This document shows, one piece after another, positions 13,035 to 25,169 of a DNA stretch of 64,000 bases. The position numbers and the translations under genes were made by a program. This stretch comes from Callorhinchus milii (taxonomy: Eukaryota), in contig NW_024704742.1 of assembly GCF_018977255.1 (NCBI RefSeq), positions 19,470,001 to 19,534,000 of the forward strand, read 5' to 3'. The notes under the pieces are model-generated. The model was not told where the DNA came from. It ran no database searches and saw only the letters and a program-made list of their open reading frames with translations. Numbering within the stretch: the first letter of the stretch is position 1; each line of letters starts with the position of its first letter.

Positions 13035-13790
13035 TTTTTGGGGATCAGCTGGTGTCTGACAAATGAAGAAACTCAACACCATGCTTAAAAGAATCCAAAC
13101 CAAACAGAGTCCAATGTTTCCCACCTACATATGGAAATTCCACAGATGTTTCTTATAATGGAATATGCACTCTCCATGGAGGGATGCATCCTACTTACCT
13201 CATTCTGGAGAGTATTGGGTACTGCTGGAATCTAATCAGCTAAAACCAGGCTTGCCACTGAAATTAGTGTCTGGCAAGCTTTCCGGTTGCTTGTCCATGG
13301 AGGACCACCCTACCTACCACCCTGTTAGGGCTTTGGTTTGCAGGGTTAAAAGAAACTGATTGGGAAGAATCCCTGCCCCAGTGACTGGTTCTGCCCTTCT
13401 AAATCCTGCCGAGGCTGGCTGAGCTGTCATCAACAGCATCCTGGAATACTGCAGACCCACCTGGCTCAGGAACTGGACTGTCGAGACCACCACAGAGGTT
13501 TGGCTCAATTCTGATATTCTGTTGCCAGACATGTCACCTTGGAGTTAATTCTGCTCCAAGGAGACACCACTTAGCTAGCCCCAAGAAGATAGTCACTAGT
13601 TAGTCATTTGACATCTGACAAGCTCTGGTTTGTGTCCTGACTAGGTGAATGATAGGTACCTGGAACTTCCGGTGAAATGCATTGCCACTATCTTCCTGTC
13701 CACGGCTTGAGCACATATCTTTTCCCATTGAGCGATGGTGCAGTTGGAGGTGCAGGGCTTACCTTTCTGCCAACCAATCAAGGTGGATCT
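13035..13790 (-). repeat. Family D repeat, longest copy
   Basis: Colinear with 38392-38950; the distal part (13520-13790) is colinear with 51380-51775. Confidence 0.8.
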
Positions 13791-14284
13791 CAAGCTCTGG
13801 TTATTTGGATTTAAGGTAATGCCTTCCAGCAAATGTTACCCCAAGCCTCAGAGTGAATAAATCATGGTGTTAGAAACCTCACACACATGCCGGTATAGCC
13901 CAGAGTCCACGTCCTGAATAGAGCCCAATGCAGATAGGTGGACATATATATAGTTACTTGGTGGGTCTGTGAATAGCATTCTTTTGCACTTGAAATGCAA
14001 ATTCCAACAGCACCTTTGTATGAGCAGGCAATATTTTTATTCATTGGTTTCGTAACATACTGAACCAGATTTCATAAAATCTTTTAACAAGAAATTAGAT
14101 AGAATCATTGAAGAGGGAGCAATACACAGGTATACGGAGTAAACAGAATAGTAAATCACAGTCGAGAAAAAAAAACAATCCCAAATGATGGGCCAAATCA
14201 GCTTCTTTCTATGCTTCAACATTCTACATTTCTTTGATAATCTTTAATGTTAAGTTGAATTCCTTTTCATATTCCTTTTTTCAA

Positions 14285-14575
14285 TGGTTGGTGAGTTAGT
14301 GACTAGGGGCATCAATTTAAGATAACCAGCAAATGAGCAAGCGAAAAGATTAGTATTTTTTTTTGCGCAGCAATGTTATGATGTGTATTGCCCTGTAGGG
14401 AGTGGTGGTTGAGGCAGAATCCATTATAGCTTTCAAAAAAAAACTAGATAAATATCGGAAAAGGAGCAAATTATAGTGGTATGGGGAAACATCAGATAAA
14501 AGTGACTGAAAGGATTGATCTTTAAATGAGCCAGCACAGACATGGTGGGCTGAATGACTGTCTTCTATGCTGAAA
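14285..14575 (+). mobile_element. CR1 LINE 3' end
   Basis: gtgactaggggcatcaatttaag...gagccagcacagacatggtgggctgaatg. Confidence 0.8.
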
Positions 14576-16049
14576 AATTTAAGTTTTCATTGGTTTCTAC
14601 CCGGACGTTTAATTTTAAATTTTAAGGTAAAAGTGCAGTAAAGAGTATTGGTTAAGACGGACCAGCCTGTATAATTCCTGAAAGATTTATCTCTCCTCTT
14701 TTGCAAGTTCAACCTTTTTAAAAGAAGATGAATGATACTCTCTCCATGTCTCAAAAGAAAGACCTGAAATCAATGTGGTTTAAAATCTAACCGAACATTG
14801 TTAATTTTACAGTCATACTCTATCAGCTAGTATTCCTTCATGCATAAGATTAATTTATATACATATTAACCATGATATATTTCAGGCCTGACATTTTTTA
14901 TTAACTTTATGGCAGTGACCTTTATGGATGTTCTTGTTACCGTGAAACCAATTTCCTATAATGTTTTATTTGGAAGAATATGTTGCACAGAAATGGAGCT
15001 AAGCCTTATGAATAATTTTGTAATTGCTTCTAACTAGAAAAAAATGGCTTAAACCAAATTTTAAAAAAATGAAATAAAGCCAGAATTCCATTAACAAGTT
15101 GTCGGATGCCGTGACATGAGACAAATATAGAGTATAAACATGGCACGGACTAGCTGGTCTGAGTGGCTTGTTTCCATTCCTATATAATTCTGTGTATGTA
15201 AAACATCCAGTGACCATTTCTAAGATGAGAGAAGGGTGTTGGTGGGAAGGAGGAGTGGGTCTGCCCCAGGATACCCAGAAACGAGTCTGTGGGTTAAATA
15301 TCATAAAGTCCCTAAATTGACTATCCCCAAATTAACTAGCATATTTAACACATTGCAACGTTTCTCCAAAACTTTTGGAGACTATTTAGCACATTCCTAA
15401 CCCCAGCTTTGACAAATGTCATGATCTTAAATTGCAACACTAACTTGAATTTATAATACTGTATATAATTCTTTCACAAAGGATAACATTTCAAAGTGTT
15501 TTATAAAAATACTAAGTAGAATGGGAGAAAAGAGGGAGGTTTTAGCATTTTAACTATTTTAAGGCATAGTCAAATACATAAGTTTTGAAGGTAGGAAGAG
15601 AAGAAAAGAAGAGAAGAAATTTTGGGAGAGAGTTTCAGCCAGCAAGTGAATAATGACTAATAGTGAATCGGAGAATGCAAGGAGTGATCTGTAGACCACA
15701 GTTGAAGGTCTGGAGGATGCATCCAGGAGAAGAAAGCTGTAGAAGATTGGTGAGATGAGTATAAGATAAGTATACATATTGTTGTAAATGTTCCCATTTC
15801 ATTTCAATCCTCGTATAGGGATTCATGATTCATGAATTTGATTCCTTAGCAAATAGAAATGGAGTCTCCTATTGGTAACCAGTATAATGTCACACTGATG
15901 TAATTCTAACCCAATTTACTTTCGGAGTAGAAATCCCATGGGTCAGAATCACATACTTCCAATTATCAAAAGGAGTCATTGTTGTCAACTCCCATTACAA
16001 ATGTAAGCAATTTAGATCCAATTATAGACTAGTGTCCGTGTATTTATAG

Positions 16050-16290
16050 CCAAATACAACAGACAATTTGCACACAGCAATGTCCCACAAATAGCCCTGC
16101 GGTGAGCGATCAATTTTATTTCAGGAGATTGTTGACCGGGACACCGGGAGAAACTTCTTTCTTTTTTCGACTAGTGCCACGGGATCTTTAACGTCCACCT
16201 AAACGGGCAGATGAGACCTTGATTTAACGTCTCATCCAAACCCATGACAATGCAGTGCACCTCTAGCACCTGATTGGTGTGTCATCCAAG
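16050..16290 (-). mobile_element. Old Deu-domain SINE fragment (AmnSINE1/SacSINE1-like)
   Basis: Core ggacaccgggagaaac...agtgccacgggatctttaacgtccacc is the reverse complement of the Deu-domain core as I recall it. Confidence 0.8.
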
Positions 16291-17603
16291 GTTAACTTAC
16301 ATTTTGATAAGACATTTCATGTTGAAAGAACAACTCAAGTTAAGTATAGAACGTGATTTAATTTCTATCAAGACTAATACATGTACTTCCTCATTTCCTT
16401 TTGATTATGTGCTTTTTTTTAACTGTTGCGAATAACTGACATTCTACTTATTGCTTTTATTGAGAAAGCAAAGGAATCATTAATTTATAAGTGCAACGCA
16501 CAAATATAATACAATTGAAATGTTCTTACACTTAAGTATGATGCAAGTTACAAGCAGAGTCAAAATGTTCAGATCATTGACCTGGCACTACTGAACACAG
16601 CATATATCATTTGTGCAGTAAGTAGTACTATTACCCGAGTCCTCCCGTGTACATAAATAATGTATGCTATTAACTCTGTTCTCATTTTCACTATTTTAAT
16701 GAATTGCACTGAATTTAAACTCACTGTCAACATTATTCACTTTTTTTAAAGAATGTAGTCACTTTATCTTCTTGAAGATATCCATAGCGTTTTAGCAGCT
16801 ATGAATCAGCTTTCTGATTCATTGAAATGCTGCAGATGTGAAATTCAATTGGTTCAATAAAGAGGAACCCACACAATGGGGTCTGATTTGTGGCATTTTT
16901 TATGGGATTCCTTCATAAGAAATCTGAAGGAATTGAGGCACGGATGGGGAATTTTTCTGGGGAAGGAGATTACCCATTGCCAACTAATAGGAATTATGCT
17001 TCAAAGCCAATCTACTTCAGAGCATGGTCCCCGCAATTTTAATACGATTTTGTAATAAGGTACAAGAAACTTTGTAAATTAGACCCCGATATTTGTAATA
17101 GTAATAATATGTATCCTTGCAGTTGATACAGCGCCTATGATGTCCACAGGGAATAGTTGTAAAATGTAGCGACCATGTAATTGTAAGTAAACACGGGAGG
17201 TGATTTGAGCACAAGGTCGAACAAACACCATGAAGTGAATAATCAATTTATCTGGAGGATTGTTGGCCAGGACACCGGGATAATCTCCCTTTTCTTTTCA
17301 AGTAATATCATGAGATTTGTCTACTTTCCAGAAGCAGACGTGAGCATTTTGGTACATGACTATTGAAGTTAATGATGAGTTATGATGTTGTGTCTATTCC
17401 TTCGATGAATGTTGCATTGCACTGGTACCCAAGGAGTAAACTATTCATGAGGAAAATCATAGGAAAATGCAACTGTTTTTTTCAACAAATCTAATTCCCT
17501 CTTGAATTTACCGACACAATTTGAAATATGAATTTGTATCCCTCCACCATTCAGCTCTGCAAATATTACAAGTGAGAAGCATTACAAGTGAGCATGCATT
17601 ACA

Positions 17604-17711
17604 CCCACAAAATATACAATCAATTCACTTTACAGTATATTCTGTGAAGCGCTTTGAGTCGTCTCAATGACGTGATAAGGTACTATATCAAATGCAAGGA
17701 TTATTATTATT
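17604..17711 (+). mobile_element. SINE 3' fragment with apparent TSD attacaagt
   Basis: Standard SINE tail; attacaagt occurs on both sides. Confidence 0.9.
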
Positions 17712-18809
17712 ACAAGTATTTTATGCTAAGTCATTGGGTGTCAGGCCAGCTAAGGTCACAAATGGCCTGTTCAAGAGCAGGGAGTGCCTAGATCACACTC
17801 CTGCTGATGAATTTCCAGCCTTGGTTGAAGACTGGACGGGGCCAATTTAGGGGGTGGAGAGTGTGGGGATTACACTCCCACAGTAAAGAGAGTGGAGCCA
17901 GGGCGGATGAGGCTGCTGCCTCCAAGAGACTATTGAGAGGGGTAGAGCTCAACCTAACCTCAAGCATGTTGTCCTCCACTCGACTGGAGTAGCCTCTCCC
18001 ATGAGATATCCAGGCTCCCCTGCAGAAGCGAGGAGCCTAGAGAGGAATATAAAATGAGTTGAAAAACCTGGGAACTGAGTCTGGAGAGGAACAGGGAAGA
18101 GAGCTCATGTCTTTTGCTGTAGGTGCCCTTGACACAATGATTTACCTAATTTGTTGGCGTTAGGTCCTGATAAAGTCTTTTTCATAGCTGTTTGAGTGAC
18201 ATTTCTCTGTCCAAATTGGCTGCAACATTTGTATAAAAAATACACAGTTGCTACACTTTACAGTCAAAGCATACGATGTACTTTGAGACACCTTTCTGAC
18301 ATGAAAAGCACTATATTAAATGCAAAGATGAATACATTATGATTTGTTTTGGTCAACCATTGACTGCTTCTTCTGTTGCAGCGCTGAACTTGTTAAATTA
18401 TTGTAATAAATCGTGGTTTGAGAAGTTGCTAACCAGAAGTGAAAGAAAAGTTATAACTGGCAGTTCTCATAAAATCTTCTTATTCATTTCCTTCAGTTGC
18501 AAAATGTTCTAATTAATTCTAGCCCTCGATTTTAATTGTGTGGGTAAATAGCTTTATAAACAGCTTCCTGAGTGTTTTGTTTCTGATACTGAGTGTGTTC
18601 TGAAAAACATGATATCCTGAATGTAATTGTTCTGTCATGCACTCACTTGTAACTGAACACTTTGAGATGTCTTCCTGGCATGAAAGGTGCTATACAAATG
18701 TCAATCCTGTTGTATTGATCATTGGAAAGGCGCACCCAAAGTAAGATAAAATTAAAGTTGACTAAATTGTAAACACGTGCAAAATTCAACAGCAGAGTTG
18801 ATCACATGA

Positions 18810-18898
18810 CAAATGCACTGACATTTGGTATATCGAAGCACAGGGATCAGGAAAGTCCCAGATTCAATACCCGCCTGGTGCTGAGTTAACTTAGCCTC
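18810..18898 (+). mobile_element. AmnSINE2-like SINE head relic
   Basis: aaatgcactg...caggaaagtcccagattcaatacc...gtgctgagttaac; similar relics at 30525-30595 (+) and 42292-42340 (-). Family name assigned from memory. Confidence 0.45.
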
Positions 18899-19204
18899 TA
18901 TGAAATATGGCTATGAAGCCTGAGCCCCACACTCTCTATCATCTGCTCGTACCAGAACCCATCAGAGTCAAGCCTCGTTGCTATGCTCCTGGCCTCTAGA
19001 ATTCTCTTCCAAAACCATCTTGACTTGTAACTTATCTTTTTCACCTCTTAATTTCTGCCACTTCCTGCTTAGTGTCAAGTGCTCCAATTGTTTATCGCTT
19101 TGAGCTATTGCTTTACATGAATGTACCATACAATTGCAAATTGGTGTTATATCCTTGGCAGAAGAAAACATCTTACCTGACTCTGAAGAAAATATTCCAT
19201 TGAG

Positions 19205-19397
19205 ACGCATTAAAGGGGAAGCTAATGCATTTAAGGGGAAGCTAGATAAGTACACGAGGGAGAAAGAAATAGAAGGTTATGCAAGGTTTATTTGAAGAAG
19301 GGCAGGAGAAAGCTCATGTGGAATATAAACACCGGCATAGATCAATTGGGTTGAATGGCCTGTTTCTGTGCTGTAAATTCTATGTAATTCTATGTAG
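19205..19397 (+). mobile_element. CR1 LINE 3' end
   Basis: gcatttaaggggaagctagataagtac...gaatggcctgtttctgtgctgtaa(attctatgta)n. Confidence 0.9.
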
Positions 19398-19694
19398 AAT
19401 GGGTTTCTGTCATTGTAAACAAAACTAAAAGTACTGTCATATTATCTTTCCTTAGTCTAAATCTCAAAATTGCCTTATTCCTGCAAAGAAGGGATGTGGC
19501 AATGCGATTTCATTGGAATTTATTTTCTCATTTCATGGTAGAGATATTGAACCTCTGAGCTGTAATATTTTGTTTTCACAGAAACCCATCTCATTGATTT
19601 CAATATTTTTTTCTTGGGTGAACTGGGAAACCATTCTCCCATATAAATGTCCATGCTATTGCTATCCATGAACACCAGTCATCTTCATTCTAAC

Positions 19695-19873
19695 TACAGT
19701 GCGTTGGTTAGCTCGCTCGCCTCGCAAACGAGAGAACCCGGGTTTGATTCCCGGGCAAGGCAAAACCTTAAGCACAAAATATATAGTCAATTCACTTTAC
19801 AGTATATCTGTGAAGCGCTTTGAGACGTCTCAATGATATGATAAGGCGCTATATTAAATGAAAGGATTATTAT
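19695..19873 (+). mobile_element. tRNA-headed SINE with internal deletion (head joined to tail)
   Basis: B-box-like gggtttgattcc, then aaacctta is joined directly to the cacaaaatatatagtcaattcac tail. Confidence 0.85.
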
Positions 19874-20007
19874 TTCAATTGTGAAGGTAAATAATCACTA
19901 AATTGCAAACATTGGCAATTTACTTGGATTTTCAGAAGGTATTTAAGATACCAAATATGGGGCATGTAAAGATTAGGACTCCTGAAATTAATAGCAAATT
20001 AGCTTGA

Positions 20008-20200
20008 CCCTGGAACTCTCTCCCTCAATCCCTCCGCCTTGCCACCTCCATCCTCACCTTCAAATCCCACCTAAAGACCTTCCTCGTTCTGCCTCTCCCC
20101 TTAGCTCTTTGTCAGACTCCACTTCTGTGAAGTGCTCTGGGACACTACCCCATGTGAAGGGCACTATATAAATGCAAGTTGTTGTTACTGTTGTCGTTGT
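20008..20200 (+). mobile_element. L2 LINE 3' end
   Basis: ctggaactctctccc...ttcaaatcccacctaaagacc...atataaatgcaag(ttg)n. Confidence 0.88.
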
Positions 20201-20209
20201 AGCTTAAAC

Positions 20210-20700
20210 GATGGCTTAGGAAAACACAGAAGGGAATGAAAATTGGAACAAATTCTTGTGTGTGACTTGTAACCAATGGATTTTAATGGAGTCTGTTCTA
20301 GATCCCATGCTGTTTAAAATAATTTGTCAGTGACCCGATGAAAGATTTAAGGCAAAATTATAGCTTTCAAAGAAGTCTGGACAAATAAATTGGATTTTGC
20401 AGATGGATTTTTAATGTGAGCAGATGTAAAGTTATGCACATTTAAATGAGAAGCATTACACTTGCCTGTATGATGAAATAATGTCCATTAGCAATGATAG
20501 TGAGGAAAAACAACAACTTGCATTTATATAGTGCCCTTCACGAGGGGCAGCATGTCAGAGTGCTTAAAAAGATTGTAGTATGATTATTCAGTCAATATGA
20601 AGCAGTTGTTAACAAAGCTAATCAATTACCAAGATTGATTGCTATTATCTCTTGGGAATTTGAATACAAGTCAAAACTAGTTATTCTTACTTCATATAAA
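20210..20700 (+). mobile_element. Highly decayed CR1 RT relic with an L2 tail inserted at about 20508-20566
   Basis: cttgtaaccaatgga...gttctagatcccatgctgttt (VTxGV..SVLGPxLF-like) and gcagatggatttttaatgtgagcagatgtaaagttatgcac (WQMxFNVxKCKVMH-like). Confidence 0.6.
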
Positions 20701-20701
20701 T

Positions 20702-21025
20702 AATGAGAATTCTTGCTTTTGATATAACATCTATGATGTTGAGACGCCTCAAAGCAATTCATACAATACGTATTGTAAGCAAATACAGAAACCAAGTAAC
20801 TCACAAGCAGACGGGAAGAGAATGATTAATTTTATCTGGTAATTTGTTTCCCAGAACACTGTTTCGAACAGTGCTATGGGATCTTTAACATCCGCTTGAA
20901 CAAGCAGAAAGGATGTTTCATCTGAAGGACTTCACCTCCAACAAAACAGCACTCCCGCTGTGACAGTCTAGACTATAAATTCAAAGTCCCAATGTCAAAG
21001 GCGAGAGTGCTGCCGACTGAGGTCT
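20702..21025 (-). mobile_element. Old Deu-domain SINE, decayed
   Basis: Tail, Deu core gtgctatgggatctttaacatcc, and head gcgagagtgctgccgactgag. Confidence 0.75.
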
Positions 21026-22245
21026 AATAGATAAGCAATGAAAACAAATTTGAAATATTGGTGTTTAGATTACAGTGTTTGGATTTGTTGCCTTAAATGA
21101 AACTTCTGGTTTGCAAAGAGCAGTTCATAAAATGGCTGGTGAACAAAATGCTCTGTATTTGCCTGTCACCAGGTGACACAATGGCCTCTCTCCCTCTCTC
21201 TGCACTGTGAGCTTTCTATGATCCTAATCATAATCCAGCTTCACCAGACCATAAGTACAGCCTGCTTGTAGTCAGGAAGTGAATATGCTTTATTACTGAA
21301 ACAGTACGGCACAAGAGACCACAAAAAAAAGACTGAGAATCTTAAAATCAGACGCGTGTGATTTATATCCTTTTTAAAATAAAGTAAAACAGCCTGTACT
21401 TGTTCTAGTTGCTAGAACAAGAATATTTCATGAACCTCCTTCTTTCCAAAGTGGTGATAAAATGATCGGAACTATGATTAACCATGATAAACACAGGCAG
21501 CTTACAGTAACAACCACTATATCAAGACAGGCAGTGCACACTCTGTCAGGCAACTGAGTAGACAAGCAGGTCAAGTTCCAACAGAACACCAGGAAGATTC
21601 TGCAGCACATATATCAATGCCACCAAGAGCATCTTGGTAGGAAACATAAAAGTGCAAAGAATGTTTTTTTTAACATTCAAATTTTGATTTGCAGTCGCTT
21701 AAAAGCAATCTTCCGCGTGCAGAAACTCTCAGACGCCAAGTTCCAAACATCACTCTTTTTAAATGTTGGGAGAAGTTCAGTTAATTTTTTAAAACATTTT
21801 TTGAAGAAAAACTAAGTTGTGCCCTAACCTGAAGCTCTAGCACGAACCACATTGAATAGTTTAGTTACCTTCACTAAACAATTATCTTGCTGCCTCTCCC
21901 CTTGTCACCGTTTATGCTTTTACCATTAAATCCTCATTTCAGACTTGAGTGCACTATGAATTGAGTGCAGGCAGCTCAGTACATAAATTTGTCCAAAGAC
22001 CAATCTTGTATCCAAATGCCAGAAACATTTTTGCTCATGTGGCGTCTCACAATGCTGAACAATGCTTTAAAAATAAGGCCTAAGAAGATCAACCCACCAA
22101 ATCTCAGGTGACTACTGCCAGGCACTTGTGTTACCCTGTATGAACCTTTATGTATAGCAGTTGGACAACAGTGCCAGGGATCAGCACAGACAGGGAGGCA
22201 CCAGTACGTTCACTGGAATGGGTTCACTACCACATGAGCGCTCAC

Positions 22246-22306
22246 CTGACACGGTGGACGAAAGACTTCCATTGATCAAAGGTGAATTGGAGAGGCCAGT
22301 GTTCTT
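22246..22306 (-). CDS. Candidate internal exon, 61 nt (KNTGLSNSPLINGSLSSTVS or EEHWPLQFTFDQWKSFVHRV); gene not recognised
   Basis: Branch-like ctactgat, acceptor ttgtttctgttcAG, donor CAG|gtgagc; two frames open; non-repetitive context. Confidence 0.35.
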
Positions 22307-22934
22307 CTGAACAGAAACAATGCAAATCAGTAGCCCCAAATGGACTGAAACGTAAGAGGGTTATTCTACACCATCTTAAAAATCCACCTGTAGCTTCAGA
22401 CCAGGCATCACATCTTAAGTACAAAACTTCGAATAATGCAGCATTTCTTCATTACTAAACTCTTCAGCTACATGAAGAGTTCAAGTCCTTGTGTAGGTCT
22501 CAAACCCTCATACCCAGAGATAAGCTTACTGAGCCTAACTAGCACTGGCACATAGGGTCCTAATCCATAAATCCAATTTTCTGTGCTAATTGTGACTTTC
22601 AGTTGTGAATGTTGAAAGGCTTTTTGTTGGCAATGTTCCCAAACTGGTAATTACATTTTCCGAAAGCCGACAGCGTGTGAAAGAAGGATAGTGAGCAAAG
22701 GGGGCTCTACAATTCAGATTGTATTGATGATGCAATGCTGGGGGTGAAAACATGATGTTTCAGAACAGATTCAATGTCAGAATCATATTTTTCACATCCT
22801 TGTTACTAAGTTTAATTTATATTATTGTCAAGATCCACCTTTTCAACCATGCTTTCAGTTATTCTGCCTCCAGTGTGAAGCACTGATCTGAAGGGAGCTG
22901 TGTACAAATATAAATTGTTGGTATTCATAAGTGC

Positions 22935-23140
22935 ATTGGGACAAATTTGCAAAATATTGTCAGTTGATCATCATCACTAACTTGGGCCCACAAATAGCCA
23001 GGAAGTGAATGACCAATTTTATTTCGGAGATATTTGGCCAGGACACGAGGAGAAATTCCTTTCTCTTTTCAAATAGTGCCGCAAGATTGCCACAGGATCT
23101 TTAACATCCACCTGAACAGTTAGGCGGGATCTGAGACTAA
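22935..23140 (-). mobile_element. Old Deu-domain SINE fragment
   Basis: cccacaaatagcc...ggccaggacacgaggagaaa...ggatctttaacatccacctgaac. Confidence 0.75.
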
Positions 23141-23696
23141 ATTTCTCCCAGTGTCCTGGCCAACAATCCTTCAGATTTAAGGTCTTTTGTCGGACTTTAT
23201 TAATATAAATGGGTCTTGCATTTGCCTCCAAAATATTCATTATATTTGTTTGTGAGTAAGAAGTGTGGCTGCAAATGGAAATAATAAACAACCCAAAGAC
23301 CTGACAGCACCTAAATGAATGGGCAGGTTCATAGTTATATTTCTTCTCAAGATCATATACCAAGCCTAGCATCTTCCTATTCACAACATCAAGCCAACAA
23401 CAGAACTCGGTAAGAGATTAGAAAAGGTTTTGTGAAGAAAATCACCCAGAAAAAGATTCTGTTCACCTGCCAGGCCAAAAGATATTAGACAAGATCCCCA
23501 GCAGCTAATGAAACCAGCAGAGACAGCAAGCAATGGGTCTCAACTCTTCTGCCGAGAAAATGTGCAAGTTAATGTTGTGTGTCAGATTCCTGGTTTTTAC
23601 TGGGATCTTTCTCTTGTTTGTTTTACATTCAGGATCACCTTATACAAACAAGTTGTTATCCACTGCTAGAACAGGACATCGTATCAGTGCTGATTC

Positions 23697-24135
23697 AAAT
23701 TCAAGATCCTCATCCTCACCTACAAGGCCATTCACGGCCTTGCTCCCTCCTACCTCTCCGACATACTATCCCCCTACCTACCTGCCCATACCCTCCGGTC
23801 CTCTGGCTCCGGTCTGCTCCACATCCCCCGCCCCAACCGCCCTACCATCGGTGGCCGGGCCTTCAGCCTCTCAGCCCCGAGGCTCTGGAACTCCATCTCC
23901 CAGTGCCTTCGCCGCCTCCTCCCTTTCCTCCTTCAAGGCCGGTCTCAAGACCTTTCTCTTTGACCGTGCCTTCAGCTCCCCTCTCAACTCTCTACCCCCT
24001 CCTCGCTCCCTCCCTTCCCTCCCCTCACTCTGACCATTTCCCCCCTGCTCGGGTCCTGACCCAACGGTCCAGCGCCTTGGGACGTCCTCCCGACGTGAAA
24101 GGCGCTCTATAAATGGAATCTTGTTGTTGTTGTTG
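23697..24135 (+). mobile_element. Young L2 LINE 3' end
   Basis: CpG-rich; ttcaagatcctcatcctcacctacaagg...SSFKAGLKTFLFDRAF; tail gggacgtcctcccgacgtgaaaggcgctctataaatggaatc(ttg)n. Confidence 0.95.
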
Positions 24136-24859
24136 ATAACACACAACAACAAAATTACATAAAGAAACTACAAGAGATTATATAAGGTGAATTCTATAAC
24201 TCCAGTGACAAGAGAGGAAGAGGTGGACACAGATGCCAATGACTTAGTCTTTAAGGTACAAGTTTTGGTGAAGCAGCAAGGTATCACAATACCATTAATC
24301 AATACACAGGGTGATAGCTTAGAGGTTGGAAACTATGAACAGTTTCCTACCAGAAAAAACATACCCTTTTGTGAAACAGATGCTATAACAACATGACAGG
24401 ATAGCTGGCCCTGAATCTCTAATGATTCAGGTTACAAAAGGACATCAATTTGAAGTGTTCTCATTATGTCTGATAAAGCAGCGATTCTTCAAGCTACTTC
24501 ATTGTCAGTGTGGTAGATCTTGCGAAAGATTTGCAATCAACCATGGGCAAAGCTCAGTTATATCAATCAGTCTGCTCACAATCAGATCCAGGTCCACTTT
24601 TTCAAATAGCTATGAGCATTTTGTACTGAACTTTTGGAAATAGGTGTTGTTCATTTCCATTAAACTGAGTAATAGATATCATTAACCCAGTCATCTCTGC
24701 CAAGTTTATTTGCTCTACTGGCAGATGTATATTTCAGGATTTAATTTGTGCCAGTACCCATTTTACCAGAACAAACTCTGCATTGACTTAAATGTGCAAG
24801 ACAAAGGCAAATGCATATTGTAGTAAACTTACATTTAAATGGCTGAGTAATAAAAATGA

Positions 24860-25070
24860 CAACAACGACAACATAAAACCAACAACTTTTGGACTTATAG
24901 AGCACCTTTCATTTAGTTAAGCATCTCAGAGACAGAGTGAGAGCTGAGGAGGTTGGATGATAGGGGGCAGTTGAAGGAGATGACCAAAGACGCGGTCGAT
25001 GAGGTAAATGTTTAGAAATGTTCTGTAAGTGGAGAAGGATAGTGCAAGATGAAGTGATTTGGCGAGAAAT
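24860..25070 (-). mobile_element. Old L2 3' relic
   Basis: (caa)n tail, then gaccaaagacgcggtcgatgaggtaaatgtttagaaatg; homologous to 59180-59430. Confidence 0.65.
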
Positions 25071-25169
25071 AATGGGTAATTGTGGGTGAAGATTGGTTCA
25101 CTGACCCTGGGGTGGGGGCTGGGGGCAAGGTGGGTGATGGGAGCAATCCAGAGTAAGTGGCAGGGAAGC

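Noticed and set aside
13641..13832. Minus-strand exon with AAG|gtaag donor at about 13760
   Set aside because: The sequence is homologous to 51480-51775 and belongs to the family D repeat
17777..17845. Possible hammerhead ribozyme (stem, CTGATGA, second stem)
   Set aside because: The required GAAA after stem II is absent (cgggg instead), the spacing is wrong and there is no stem III
21568..21651. RKILQHIYQCHQEHLGRKH resembling a Gypsy integrase zinc-binding start
   Set aside because: Too short, with no flanking pol motifs or LTRs; compatible with chance
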